64,000 bases of DNA, from NCBI GenBank assembly GCA_049663345.1, contig JBATDG010000059.1, forward strand, positions 441-64,440, given 5' to 3'. This document shows positions 37,346 through 46,500 of the stretch, piece by piece. This DNA is from Bacteroidota bacterium (lineage in GTDB: Bacteria; Bacteroidota; Ignavibacteria; SZUA-365). Positions within the stretch are counted from its first letter, which is position 1, and each line of letters begins with the position of its first letter. The position numbers were made by a program, and so were the translations under genes. Below the pieces are notes generated by a model, which searched no databases, had not been told where the DNA came from, and saw only the letters and a program-made list of their open reading frames with translations.

Positions 37346-39259
37346 ATGACCCAAAAATCTCGCACCTTCGTTTTTTCCCTACTCGCGATTATTCCTCTTC
37401 TCGCGATTATGGGATGGGCGTTCAAATCGGACATCATCAACTGGATGCTGCCTGAAGACAGCCGTCCCGGCGACATCGAGTTCACAGTCGAGCGTGTGAG
37501 CGCCGATGAGTATGACCGCATCGCAGCTGATCTTGAAGTCAGCTTTGATATGGATTTCAAGCACATCAAGATTTTCAAAGAAGCCGGCATCACGGCGTAC
37601 GAGGGTCCGAAAACCTGTCTGACCTGCCACGAAAACATAACTGTGAAGGACGCGAAATCGGGGAAGGACAAGAAACTCGACCTCATGGAGAATCTCCTTA
37701 CTTCGACGCACTACCGTTTCTTCACCGAAAAACACGACAATGTGTATGGCTTCAACGGTGAGCTTGCGGATGATTTCCCTATGGGTAAAATCGATCGTCC
37801 CTGCCCCAAACCCGGTTCCTTCGCGATGAGCGCCTGGGCGGAAATTGTAATCACCGCAAAGGGCGATACAATGTCGGAGGGCTGCGGCCAGTGCCATATC
37901 GGCGGACAGTACCAGGCTCCTCTTGGCGAAATCATGCCAGGGTACGAGACGAAACAGAACGAAAAGGATGCCATAGACTGCCTGATCTGCCACTCGCAGG
38001 CTTACGACATGAACAAGAAGCAGGTCGCGGTTGATAAAAACGGACTCAAGCGCTGGGAACAGGACCGCAACATGCGTGCCGCGATGTCCGTGACGAAAAC
38101 CACCTCGCAAAGCTGTCTCCGCTGCCATCAGCATAATTTCGGAGGAGATATTTATATCGATTCCACCGACACCAGCTATTTCCAGAGCATTATAAATACC
38201 GGGCACGAGCGTCCCCGAGTGCTGCATCCGGGATCCAAGCGTGGAACACCGTTTTCGCCGACATGGGACGTGCACGCAGCTGCCGGACTCAATTGCACTG
38301 ACTGCCATATCACCGAAGGACATTTGATCGCGAAGGGAAAGCACACCACGACGATGATGACCAATGACCTGCCCGGTGTGGAAGTCGCTTGTGAAAATTG
38401 TCATACTGCTGAGCCGCATAGTGAGAATGCCGAGATCGCGGATTTCCTGAACGCACACACGGAGAAAGTGGCCTGTGTTACCTGCCATATCCCTTCACTG
38501 CAGGCTGACAATGCCACGATGCGCGATTTCGCCACTCCGATGTTCGAAGAGAATCCCGGAGTTTACGTCTATACCGACTCGAAGGAGACTCAGCCGAAGA
38601 AAGCCATCACCTACCAGTGGTGGAACGGCGATGCGACTTTCCTCGGCAACGCAATCGGAGACAATCCGAACGGAAAGAATCTCTACCGTTTCTATAATCC
38701 AACTCATGTTTGGCCGGAATTCAAGGATTACGACTATGCCGGCTGGTACGAAAAAGTGATGCGTCCCATCGCCAAGAAAAAGCCGTCAAAACTGTACGCG
38801 ATGAAAATCTTCAACGGACGCCAGCACATCGATCTGCAGAATATCGGCCCCTTCGGCGGCATGTACATTCCGTACAATCTGCCCACATACTATAAAACCG
38901 GCGATCCTGCGAAAGCAGCCGCAGCTGAAATGCAGAAGAGCATGATGGAAATGATGTATGGAACGATGTTCAAGATTTATCTCATGGACCAGTTCATGCG
39001 CTATATGGATGACGGTTCCGGCAAATACGTCACGGAGTGGCATGGCGACGCGTATGAAGATGTGCTCAAGATGAAAAAGGGTAAAGTGGAAGCACGCTGG
39101 ATTCCGAACGACGCTTCAATGGAAATCAGCCACGCTGTCCGCCGCAACGGCGCGCTGACCTGCACGAATTGCCATTCGAAGGATGGCGTTCTTGACTGGA
39201 AGGCGCTCGGCTACGAAGACGATGAAGTGGAAGCATACTCGATGAATCCGCTAGAGTAG
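37346..39259 (+). CDS. Octaheme c-type cytochrome (exported)
   Basis: Eight CXXCH motifs are present (CLTCH, CGQCH, CLICH, CLRCH, CTDCH, CENCH, CVTCH, CTNCH). I place the start at MTQKSRTFVFSLLAIIPLLAIMGWAF (signal/anchor), preceded by GGAG. The ORF track starts 27 nt earlier. Confidence 0.85.
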   Translation: MTQKSRTFVFSLLAIIPLLAIMGWAFKSDIINWMLPEDSRPGDIEFTVERVSADEYDRIAADLEVSFDMDFKHIKIFKEAGITAYEGPKTCLTCHENITVKDAKSGKDKKLDLMENLLTSTHYRFFTEKHDNVYGFNGELADDFPMGKIDRPCPKPGSFAMSAWAEIVITAKGDTMSEGCGQCHIGGQYQAPLGEIMPGYETKQNEKDAIDCLICHSQAYDMNKKQVAVDKNGLKRWEQDRNMRAAMSVTKTTSQSCLRCHQHNFGGDIYIDSTDTSYFQSIINTGHERPRVLHPGSKRGTPFSPTWDVHAAAGLNCTDCHITEGHLIAKGKHTTTMMTNDLPGVEVACENCHTAEPHSENAEIADFLNAHTEKVACVTCHIPSLQADNATMRDFATPMFEENPGVYVYTDSKETQPKKAITYQWWNGDATFLGNAIGDNPNGKNLYRFYNPTHVWPEFKDYDYAGWYEKVMRPIAKKKPSKLYAMKIFNGRQHIDLQNIGPFGGMYIPYNLPTYYKTGDPAKAAAAEMQKSMMEMMYGTMFKIYLMDQFMRYMDDGSGKYVTEWHGDAYEDVLKMKKGKVEARWIPNDASMEISHAVRRNGALTCTNCHSKDGVLDWKALGYEDDEVEAYSMNPLE

Positions 39260-39357
39260 AAGCAGCCGCCCCGAAAACCAGGCTGCTGAATTCCATGTTC
39301 TCGAGCAGAAGTTTCAGCCGCGGTTTTCTGATTAATCATGACGCGATAAACGATGAC

Positions 39358-39386
39358 GCGGGCCGCTATGCCCGCGTTTTCGTTGT
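39358..39386 (+). terminator. Rho-independent terminator after the cytochrome gene
   Basis: A 7-bp GC stem cgcgggc / gcccgcg encloses a 6-nt loop and is followed by ttttcgtt. Confidence 0.6.
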
Positions 39387-39519
39387 GTGCCATAAGACAA
39401 TTTCTTCCGTTCAGGCGAGCCGTGTTGCTGATTTATTTCACGATTTTCTCGTATCTTTTGTAATGTTCTTACGTAAAAAAAACGATGACCCTTTTTGTGA
39501 TCACATATTGGAGTTACTG

Positions 39520-42384
39520 ATGAGTTTGCTGTCTCGGCTTTGCATCATCATGCTGCTTATCTGCGCAGTCCCTGCGCTAGTGCTTGCGCAGGAAAATGAA
39601 ATCAACGCGTCTTCTCTCGGACTCGGCAGTCCTCTTCCGATCAATCCGAAAATCCGTATGGGGAAACTTGCAAACGGCATGAACTACTACATCATGCAGA
39701 ACAAGAAACCCGAAAACAGGGCAGCGCTTCGACTGGCTGTAAATGCAGGATCGGTGATGGAGACTGACGAACAACAGGGACTCGCGCATTTCTGCGAGCA
39801 TATGGCGTTCAACGGGACAAAGAATTTTGAGAAGAATGAACTCGTACAGTATCTCGAGTCCATAGGAATGCGCTTTGGCGGCGATTTGAATGCCTACACC
39901 AGTTTCGATGAAACCGTGTACATGCTGGAACTGCCTATGGAAGACGAAACGAAGGTCACAAAGGGCATGCAGGTGCTGGTCGATTGGGCGAGCAATGTCA
40001 GCTTCGACGACGAGGAAATCGACAAGGAACGCGGCGTGATAATCGAGGAATGGCGCTCACGCAATGGCGCCGGAGCCCGAATCCGCGACAAGCAGTTTCC
40101 CATTCTGCTCAAGGGTTCTATGTACGCCGACCGTCTTCCGATCGGCAAGCCGGAGATTCTGAGGACCTTCAAATACGAGACGATCAAGAGTTTTTATAGA
40201 GACTGGTATCGTCCGGACCTCATGAGCATCATCGCCGTTGGCGATTTCGATGTGAGCAAGATGGAAGAGAAGATCAAGAGCATGTTCGGTGCCATTCCGG
40301 CCAGCAAGAATCCGAAACCTCGTCCCGCATTCGAAGTCCCGGATCATGACGAACTGCTCTTTGCCATCGCTACGGATAAGGAAGCGACTGGAACATCGCT
40401 TTCGCTCTATCACAAGATGGCGCCCAGCGTCGATAGAAAAGTCTCTGACTACAGAAAATCGATGATCGAGCAGCTCTACAGCCAGATGCTCAATGACCGA
40501 TACAGTGAATTGCTGCAGAAGAAGAATCCGCCGTATCTCAACGCTTATTCCGGCCAGGGCGGATTCGTGCGTACGAAGGACGTGTACATGCTGGGCATGT
40601 CATCCAAGGAAGAAGGCGTCCTCCGCGGCTTTGAGGCACTGCTCATCGAGGCCAAGCGGGTAAAGGATCACGGCTTCACCGCCTCGGAACTTGAGCGCGC
40701 AAAGACCAACATACTTCGCGGAATGGAGCAGTCTTACAATGAACGCGATAAAACGCGATCCGAGTCTCATGCATCCGAGTTCGTGCGCAATTTCCTTACC
40801 GAGGAACCTATCCCCGGGATCGAAGTCGAATATGAACTCTACAAGAAATATATGCCGACAATTTCGGTTCGCGAAGTTAACAAGCTGACGGCAGGCCTGA
40901 TGCCTGAGAAGAACCGCGTCGTATCACTGAGCATGCCGGAGAAAGAGGGCGTCGTTGTTCCCACCGAAGCGGAATTGCGTGCGGTGATGGATAAAGTAGA
41001 CAACATGGTGGTCGAGGCGTATGTGGATGAAGTGGCCAACAAGCCGCTTGCAGAAGTGCCTGCGACGAAGGTGAAGATCACATCGGAGAAGAATCTGGAT
41101 GATCTTGGCGTAACGGATTTTATGTTGAGCAATGGCATTCGTGTACTGCTCAAGACAACCGACTTCAAGGCGGACGAAGTGCAATTTGCCGCGGTGAGTC
41201 CCGGCGGCAACGGGTTCATCAGCGACGAGGATATCGCCAGTGGAACACTGGCAGCCACGATCGTCGATCGCGGAGGCGTCGGTGAATTTGATGCCATACA
41301 GTTGAAGAAGCTTCTGGCTGGCAAGATGGTCGGTGTAAGTCCATTTATCAGCGGCGAAAACGAAGGTTTCTCAGGCAGCGCAGCACCGAAGGATCTGGAA
41401 ACTGCGCTGCAGCTTGTGTATCTGTATTTCACGCAGCCAAGAAAAGACACCACGGCGTACGAATCTTTCAAGGCACAACTCGCCGGATACTTTGAGAATG
41501 CAGGGAACAGGCCGGAGAAGGTGTTTTCAGACACCCTGCAGGTAACGCTTGCGAACTACCACCCGCGTGTACGCCCCGTTACAAAAGAGTGGCTCGAGAC
41601 CGTCGATCTTGAAAAAGCTTTTGATTTCTACCGCGACCGTTTTGCGGATGCCGGCGATTTTACATTCATTTTTGTCGGAAATGTAAAGGCCGAGGAATTA
41701 AAGCCCCTGCTCGAGAAATACATCGGCGCTCTGCCCATTACGGGCCGAAAGGAGACATGGAAGAATCCCGGTATTCATCCGCCGAAAGGCGTGATCAAGA
41801 AAGCCGTTTACAAAGGCATGGATCAAAAATCGACGGTGGCAGTTGTGTTCACCGGTCCATTTGAATGGACGTATCAGAACCGCTATAACCTTTCTTCTTT
41901 GCAGGAACTGCTTACGATCAAGCTCCGTGAGGCCATCCGCGAAGACAAAGGCGGCACATACGGCGTCGGAGTGCGTGCGAGCGCCGACCGCTATCCTGAA
42001 CAGGATTATTCACTGCTCGTGAATTTCGGTACAGATCCGGAGCGCGTGGACGAACTGCTCGGGACTCTCAACGACGTTCTCAAAGACACGCGAGACAATC
42101 TCACTACAGAAGAGAATCTGAAAAAAATCCAGGAACTGCAGCGCCGCGAGCGCGAGACCAGTCTGAAGGAAAACGGGTTCTGGCTGAGCCGCATTCAGGC
42201 GTCGCTTACCAACAACGATCCGCTGAATGAATGGCTCGACTACGATTCGAAAATTGATGGACTGACGCTCGAATCGCTGCGCGCGAGTGCACAGAAATAC
42301 ATCAATCTCGATAATTTCGTGCAGGTCGTGCTGTATCCCGAAGCCAAGCCCGAGGCAAAACCCGAGGGTGAAAAAGAGGACTGA
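39520..42384 (+). CDS. M16-family (pitrilysin/insulinase) zinc peptidase, two-unit form
   Basis: The HxxEH zinc motif occurs in GLAHFCEHMAFNGT. I place the start at MSLLSRLCIIMLLICAVPALVLAQ (signal peptide). The length of about 954 aa fits fused active and inactive M16 halves. Confidence 0.85.
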   Translation: MSLLSRLCIIMLLICAVPALVLAQENEINASSLGLGSPLPINPKIRMGKLANGMNYYIMQNKKPENRAALRLAVNAGSVMETDEQQGLAHFCEHMAFNGTKNFEKNELVQYLESIGMRFGGDLNAYTSFDETVYMLELPMEDETKVTKGMQVLVDWASNVSFDDEEIDKERGVIIEEWRSRNGAGARIRDKQFPILLKGSMYADRLPIGKPEILRTFKYETIKSFYRDWYRPDLMSIIAVGDFDVSKMEEKIKSMFGAIPASKNPKPRPAFEVPDHDELLFAIATDKEATGTSLSLYHKMAPSVDRKVSDYRKSMIEQLYSQMLNDRYSELLQKKNPPYLNAYSGQGGFVRTKDVYMLGMSSKEEGVLRGFEALLIEAKRVKDHGFTASELERAKTNILRGMEQSYNERDKTRSESHASEFVRNFLTEEPIPGIEVEYELYKKYMPTISVREVNKLTAGLMPEKNRVVSLSMPEKEGVVVPTEAELRAVMDKVDNMVVEAYVDEVANKPLAEVPATKVKITSEKNLDDLGVTDFMLSNGIRVLLKTTDFKADEVQFAAVSPGGNGFISDEDIASGTLAATIVDRGGVGEFDAIQLKKLLAGKMVGVSPFISGENEGFSGSAAPKDLETALQLVYLYFTQPRKDTTAYESFKAQLAGYFENAGNRPEKVFSDTLQVTLANYHPRVRPVTKEWLETVDLEKAFDFYRDRFADAGDFTFIFVGNVKAEELKPLLEKYIGALPITGRKETWKNPGIHPPKGVIKKAVYKGMDQKSTVAVVFTGPFEWTYQNRYNLSSLQELLTIKLREAIREDKGGTYGVGVRASADRYPEQDYSLLVNFGTDPERVDELLGTLNDVLKDTRDNLTTEENLKKIQELQRRERETSLKENGFWLSRIQASLTNNDPLNEWLDYDSKIDGLTLESLRASAQKYINLDNFVQVVLYPEAKPEAKPEGEKED

Positions 42385-42455
42385 CGCCTCATCCAATCAG
42401 GTGGATGCAGCGAGCGATAGCCGCTGACCATTCCGCCGGAACGCTCTTCATTTCA

Positions 42456-42495
42456 GAAAAGCCGGTCATCATCTGATTACCGGCTTTTCTTTTCT
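42456..42495 (+). terminator. Rho-independent terminator after the M16 peptidase gene
   Basis: A 10-bp stem aaaagccggt / accggctttt encloses a 12-nt loop and is followed by a T-rich tract cttttct. Confidence 0.75.
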
Positions 42496-42551
42496 GCTGT
42501 ATTTCCCGTAATTTTACGCATTCCATTCGTCCTCATCACGCCGGGAAGTCT

Positions 42552-43088
42552 ATGGCAGCTACCACCGCTCGCAGACCCGCCGTCATCATTATGTCGCACA
42601 TGCCCTCCCCATTGGGGAACCTGCATATAGCAACCTGTGATGGTGCTTTATGTTATCTGGGGTTTGAATACAAAGGATATCGCGAGGAAATGTATGAATG
42701 GCTCGCCCGGTATCTGAAAATATTCGAGGTGAAACCCGAGCATGGTGAGCACTCTTCAGTGCAGCTGCAGCTCGAGAAATACTTTCAGGGGAAACTCAAG
42801 AAATTTCGTGTGAAGACGCATCTGTTCGGAACGGATTTTCAATTGCAGGCATGGACCGCGCTGCGCGTGATTCCCTATGGAAGTACTGTTTCGTATCGGT
42901 CAATCGCCGAAGCTATCGGAAATCCTGACGCCTCCCGCGCCGCAGGAGGGGCGATCGGAAAAAACCCGATATCCATTATTATTCCCTGTCATCGCGTCAT
43001 TGGGGAGGATGGTTCACTCACCGGTTATGCAGGCGGCATTGAACGAAAGAAAAAGCTGCTGCAGCTTGAAGGGGCAATTCTGATGTAG
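42552..43088 (+). CDS. ogt: Methylated-DNA--protein-cysteine methyltransferase
   Basis: 178 aa with the active site IIIPCHRVIG, preceded by the helix-turn-helix block TVSYRSIAEAIGNPDASRAAGGAIGKNP. Confidence 0.9.
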   Translation: MAATTARRPAVIIMSHMPSPLGNLHIATCDGALCYLGFEYKGYREEMYEWLARYLKIFEVKPEHGEHSSVQLQLEKYFQGKLKKFRVKTHLFGTDFQLQAWTALRVIPYGSTVSYRSIAEAIGNPDASRAAGGAIGKNPISIIIPCHRVIGEDGSLTGYAGGIERKKKLLQLEGAILM

Positions 43089-43117
43089 AGGCAACCGCGA
43101 TTCCCGTAGGTTCGCGC

Positions 43118-43561
43118 TTAATCAGTTATCGGCGGTTTCTGGGGATTGTCAGGTTGAATGGGGTTTTCCGCGGCCCTGCGGGATTCGATTATGCGGAGGA
43201 CGATATACGCCATGAGCGTGAAGATAAAAAAGATCAGCAGCAGCCAGGCTATGCCTTGGAGAGTCTCGATGATGGTGCGGTACACTTCAAGCACCCAGCG
43301 TTCGGAGGAAAGATGAAGGATCGTGGCGTCCGGTCCCAGCGACGGTGCCGTGATGTAGCGTTCCAGCTCCCACATGCGCACGCCGCCTGAGATTCCCACG
43401 ACATACATGGCAAACGTCATATAGCGTGACCAGGCAAACTGCATTTCTTCCGCGACGATCCGGGACAGGATCATCTGTATTGGCTGAGTGAAAATCCTCG
43501 TTACGATGAAGGAAACCAGAAGTGCGATGAAAAAAGTCGCGGCCAATAATGAAATGAACAT
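43118..43561 (-). CDS. Hypothetical membrane protein (last gene of the signalling operon)
   Basis: 147 aa with hydrophobic helices at both ends (ISLLAATFFIALLVSFIV and AWLLLIFFIFTLMAYIVL) and one central helix. It starts 8 nt after the upstream kinase stop. Confidence 0.5.
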   Translation of the reverse strand: MFISLLAATFFIALLVSFIVTRIFTQPIQMILSRIVAEEMQFAWSRYMTFAMYVVGISGGVRMWELERYITAPSLGPDATILHLSSERWVLEVYRTIIETLQGIAWLLLIFFIFTLMAYIVLRIIESRRAAENPIQPDNPQKPPITD

Positions 43562-43569
43562 CCATTACC

Positions 43570-46500
43570 TCACGTAATTTTGCCCTGCGCGCGCTTCGCG
43601 GAAACAGGATGGTAGGGGAGTGTAAACTGGAAAGTGCTGCCGACGCCGACTTCGGATTCAACTGTGAGCACACCACCCATCAGTTCGATCAGTCCTTTGG
43701 ATATCGAGAGACCAAGCCCGGTACCGCCGTATTTACGGGTGCTTGATTCATCAACCTGGCGAAAGCGGTTGAAAATGAATTTCTGCGCGTCCTTGGAAAT
43801 TCCGATCCCGGTATCCGAGACATAGAAGAGAAGTTCCTTCTCGCTATTAAGTTTGCATCCGAAGGAGATGCTGCCTTCGTGTGTAAATTTGAGTGCGTTG
43901 GACAGGAGATTGGTCAATACCTGGCGAAGACGCCCTGTATCCAGTAGGAGTGTGCTGCCGGACGCGGGGAGTTCGATTTCACAGAGCAATTGCACGCTTT
44001 GTGCTTTTTCGATTCTGGCAAGCTGGGTGAAGGAAAGGTGGAGGTCCTTGAGTATGGCCTCGATGTTTGCTTCTTCTTCGAAAATTTTCATTTCACCGGC
44101 ATCGATAAGGGAGATGTTCAGAATGTCATTGATGATGCCAAGCAGATCGTATGAACGCTGTCTGATAATTTCGGTGAACTGGGCCTGATCTTCCTTTGTC
44201 AGTCCTTCGTTGGTGAGAAGGTTGGAAAATCCGATGATGGCATTCATCGGTGTGCGAACCTCGTGGCTCATATTGGCAAGGAAGGTAGACTTCAGCCTGT
44301 CGCTTTCCTCCGCCCGTTCCTTTGCGGCAATGAGATCAGCCAGCATTTGCTTTTGTGCTGTGATGTCTGTTTTAATGCCGATGAAATGAGTGATCGAACC
44401 GCGCTCGCTGATGACCGGGGAGATAACAGCGCTTTCCCAATAAAGGGAGCCGTCTTTCCGTTTATTATGGAACTCTCCAATCCAGTCTTGTCCGGAGAGT
44501 ATCGTGCTCCACAGATTGGAGTAATATTCGGTCGACTGTGAACCGGATTTAAGGATGCGGGAATTCAACCCGATTACTTCGTCAAAGTCGAATCCGGTTA
44601 TTTTAGTGAATTCCGGATTTACATATTCAATGCTGCCGTCGGTATCCGTAATGACAATGCTGACCGGGCTTTGCTCAATTGATCGGCCGAGCAGACGAAT
44701 CTGTTTTTCAGCTTCCTTTTTTTCTGTTGCATCATGAATGATCGAATGGATGAGATTTTTCCCATGAACATTGACGGTGCTTGAATAAACCTCTACATCG
44801 CGCTCAGTGCCATCAGCTCGTCGATGCCGGAATTCAAAAAATGACCTTCCGCTATCAAGGACACTCTCCATAGCCTTCAGCACTTCTTCTCTGGAGAGGG
44901 TATTGATATCCCAGATATTCTTGTTTTTCAGCTCCTCTATGCTCCATCCATAGAAGTTCATGGCTGCATCGTTTGCGTCAGAAATCGCTCCTGTCTTCGG
45001 GTCGATCAGCAGTTTTACCGCTGCATGCCCCTGAAAAATTGCACGGAACATCTCTTCGCTTTCGCGCAGATTGCGTTCGGCCTGGGCGCGCTCGGTGATG
45101 TTGAAGAAGACGCAATGCGTCCGAAGGAAATTACCTTGCACATCTCGTTGAACCCGGCCCTCGAGATAGACATCAATGATGGAACCGTCCTTCTGTCGAA
45201 GTTGAAAATCTCCTCGTGAATAGTTATCGCGAAGGAGGTTCGTGAAGGCGGTGGAGAACTCCATCTCTCTCGACGGAGCCCAGAAATCGCCGAATACCTT
45301 ACCCAGCAATTCACCGCGATCGTAGCCGAGCATTTCGCAGAGTTTATCGTTGAGGTCGATGAATCGTCCCTCATCATCAAGCGATTGATAGGCGAAAGGT
45401 GAATGCTCAAGCATGGAGCGAAATCTAGCTTCACTCTCGCGAAGCATTGCCTCAGCGAGTTTCCACTCGGTAATATCGCGGATGATGCCTACAGCATGCC
45501 ATCTGTTTTTCAGCTTCACCGCGGAGAGAGAGAGAGAAATATCAACCTCCTCACCATCCTTGCGCACTCCGGTTAACTCCAGCGTTTTACCGATAGCTGC
45601 ACCTTCACCAGTGCTCGAGAAGACTCTAAATGCAGCTTGACTGAATGCTCTGTGATGTTCGGTAGCAAGGAACAGATGAGGATTCTTCCCAATAGCTTCC
45701 TCGGAAGAGTGGCCGAAAATGGCTGTCGCAGCCGGGTTCCAATAGGTTATACAGCCAGCGTCATCGACCATGATGATTGCATCTTGAGCGCTCTGTGTGA
45801 TCGCACGAACGCGTTCTTCGCTTTCGCGGAGAGCTAGCTCTGCCCGTTTCCACTCTGTCACATCTCGGATTACGGCGATACCCGACCATTCGCCATCGAG
45901 CGAAACGGCAGTGAGTGAAAAGGCGAGATCGATTTCCTGACCATCTTTCCGTAGGCCGATCAGTTGGAGCGAACGTCGGTTGTCGGCGGTAATACCGGCA
46001 CTGATGAAATGTTTGAAGATCGCCATTCCACGGTGCCGGTATCTCGGCGGAACGATGAGATCTGGAATGTACTGCCCGAGCACCTCCTCGTTGGAGAAGC
46101 CAAAAATCAGTTCGGCGGACGGGTTCCAATAAGTGACTTCAGCATTCGAATCCACCATCAGAATCGCATCTTGAGCAGATTCAATAATGGTACGGAAGCG
46201 TTCTTCGCTCTCACGTAGAGCGTTATCCGCAAGCTTTCGCTCCGTGATGTCCGTAAACATGACAGTCCACACGCCCGGGCGCGAGATGAATCCCCAAATC
46301 TCAAGATGTTTTCCAATTTCAGAGGAATATTCCTCGAAGTGAAGGGGACGCCCGGCCGCCTCTACTTCATGGTAATGTTTGAACCAGATACTCACGGTTC
46401 CAGGAAACACTTCGGTCAATAATCTACCGACAAGTTCAGAGGCCGGTTTGTCGGTCAGGATTTCAAACGCAGGATTAACATCAATATATCTGAAATCTAC

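Noticed and set aside
35540-37354. A 604-aa ORF on the minus strand spanning the entire ygiQ gene.
   Set aside because: It is antisense to a plus-strand ORF with unmistakable YgiQ motifs (N-terminal signature and CX3CX2C). The antisense product is low-complexity and Arg/His/Ala-rich with no motif. Long antisense ORFs of this kind are expected in GC-rich coding DNA.
39295-39519. 75-aa N-terminal extension of the M16 peptidase ORF.
   Set aside because: The extension runs through the terminator hairpin of the cytochrome gene and precedes a canonical signal peptide at Met 39520. It is probably untranslated.
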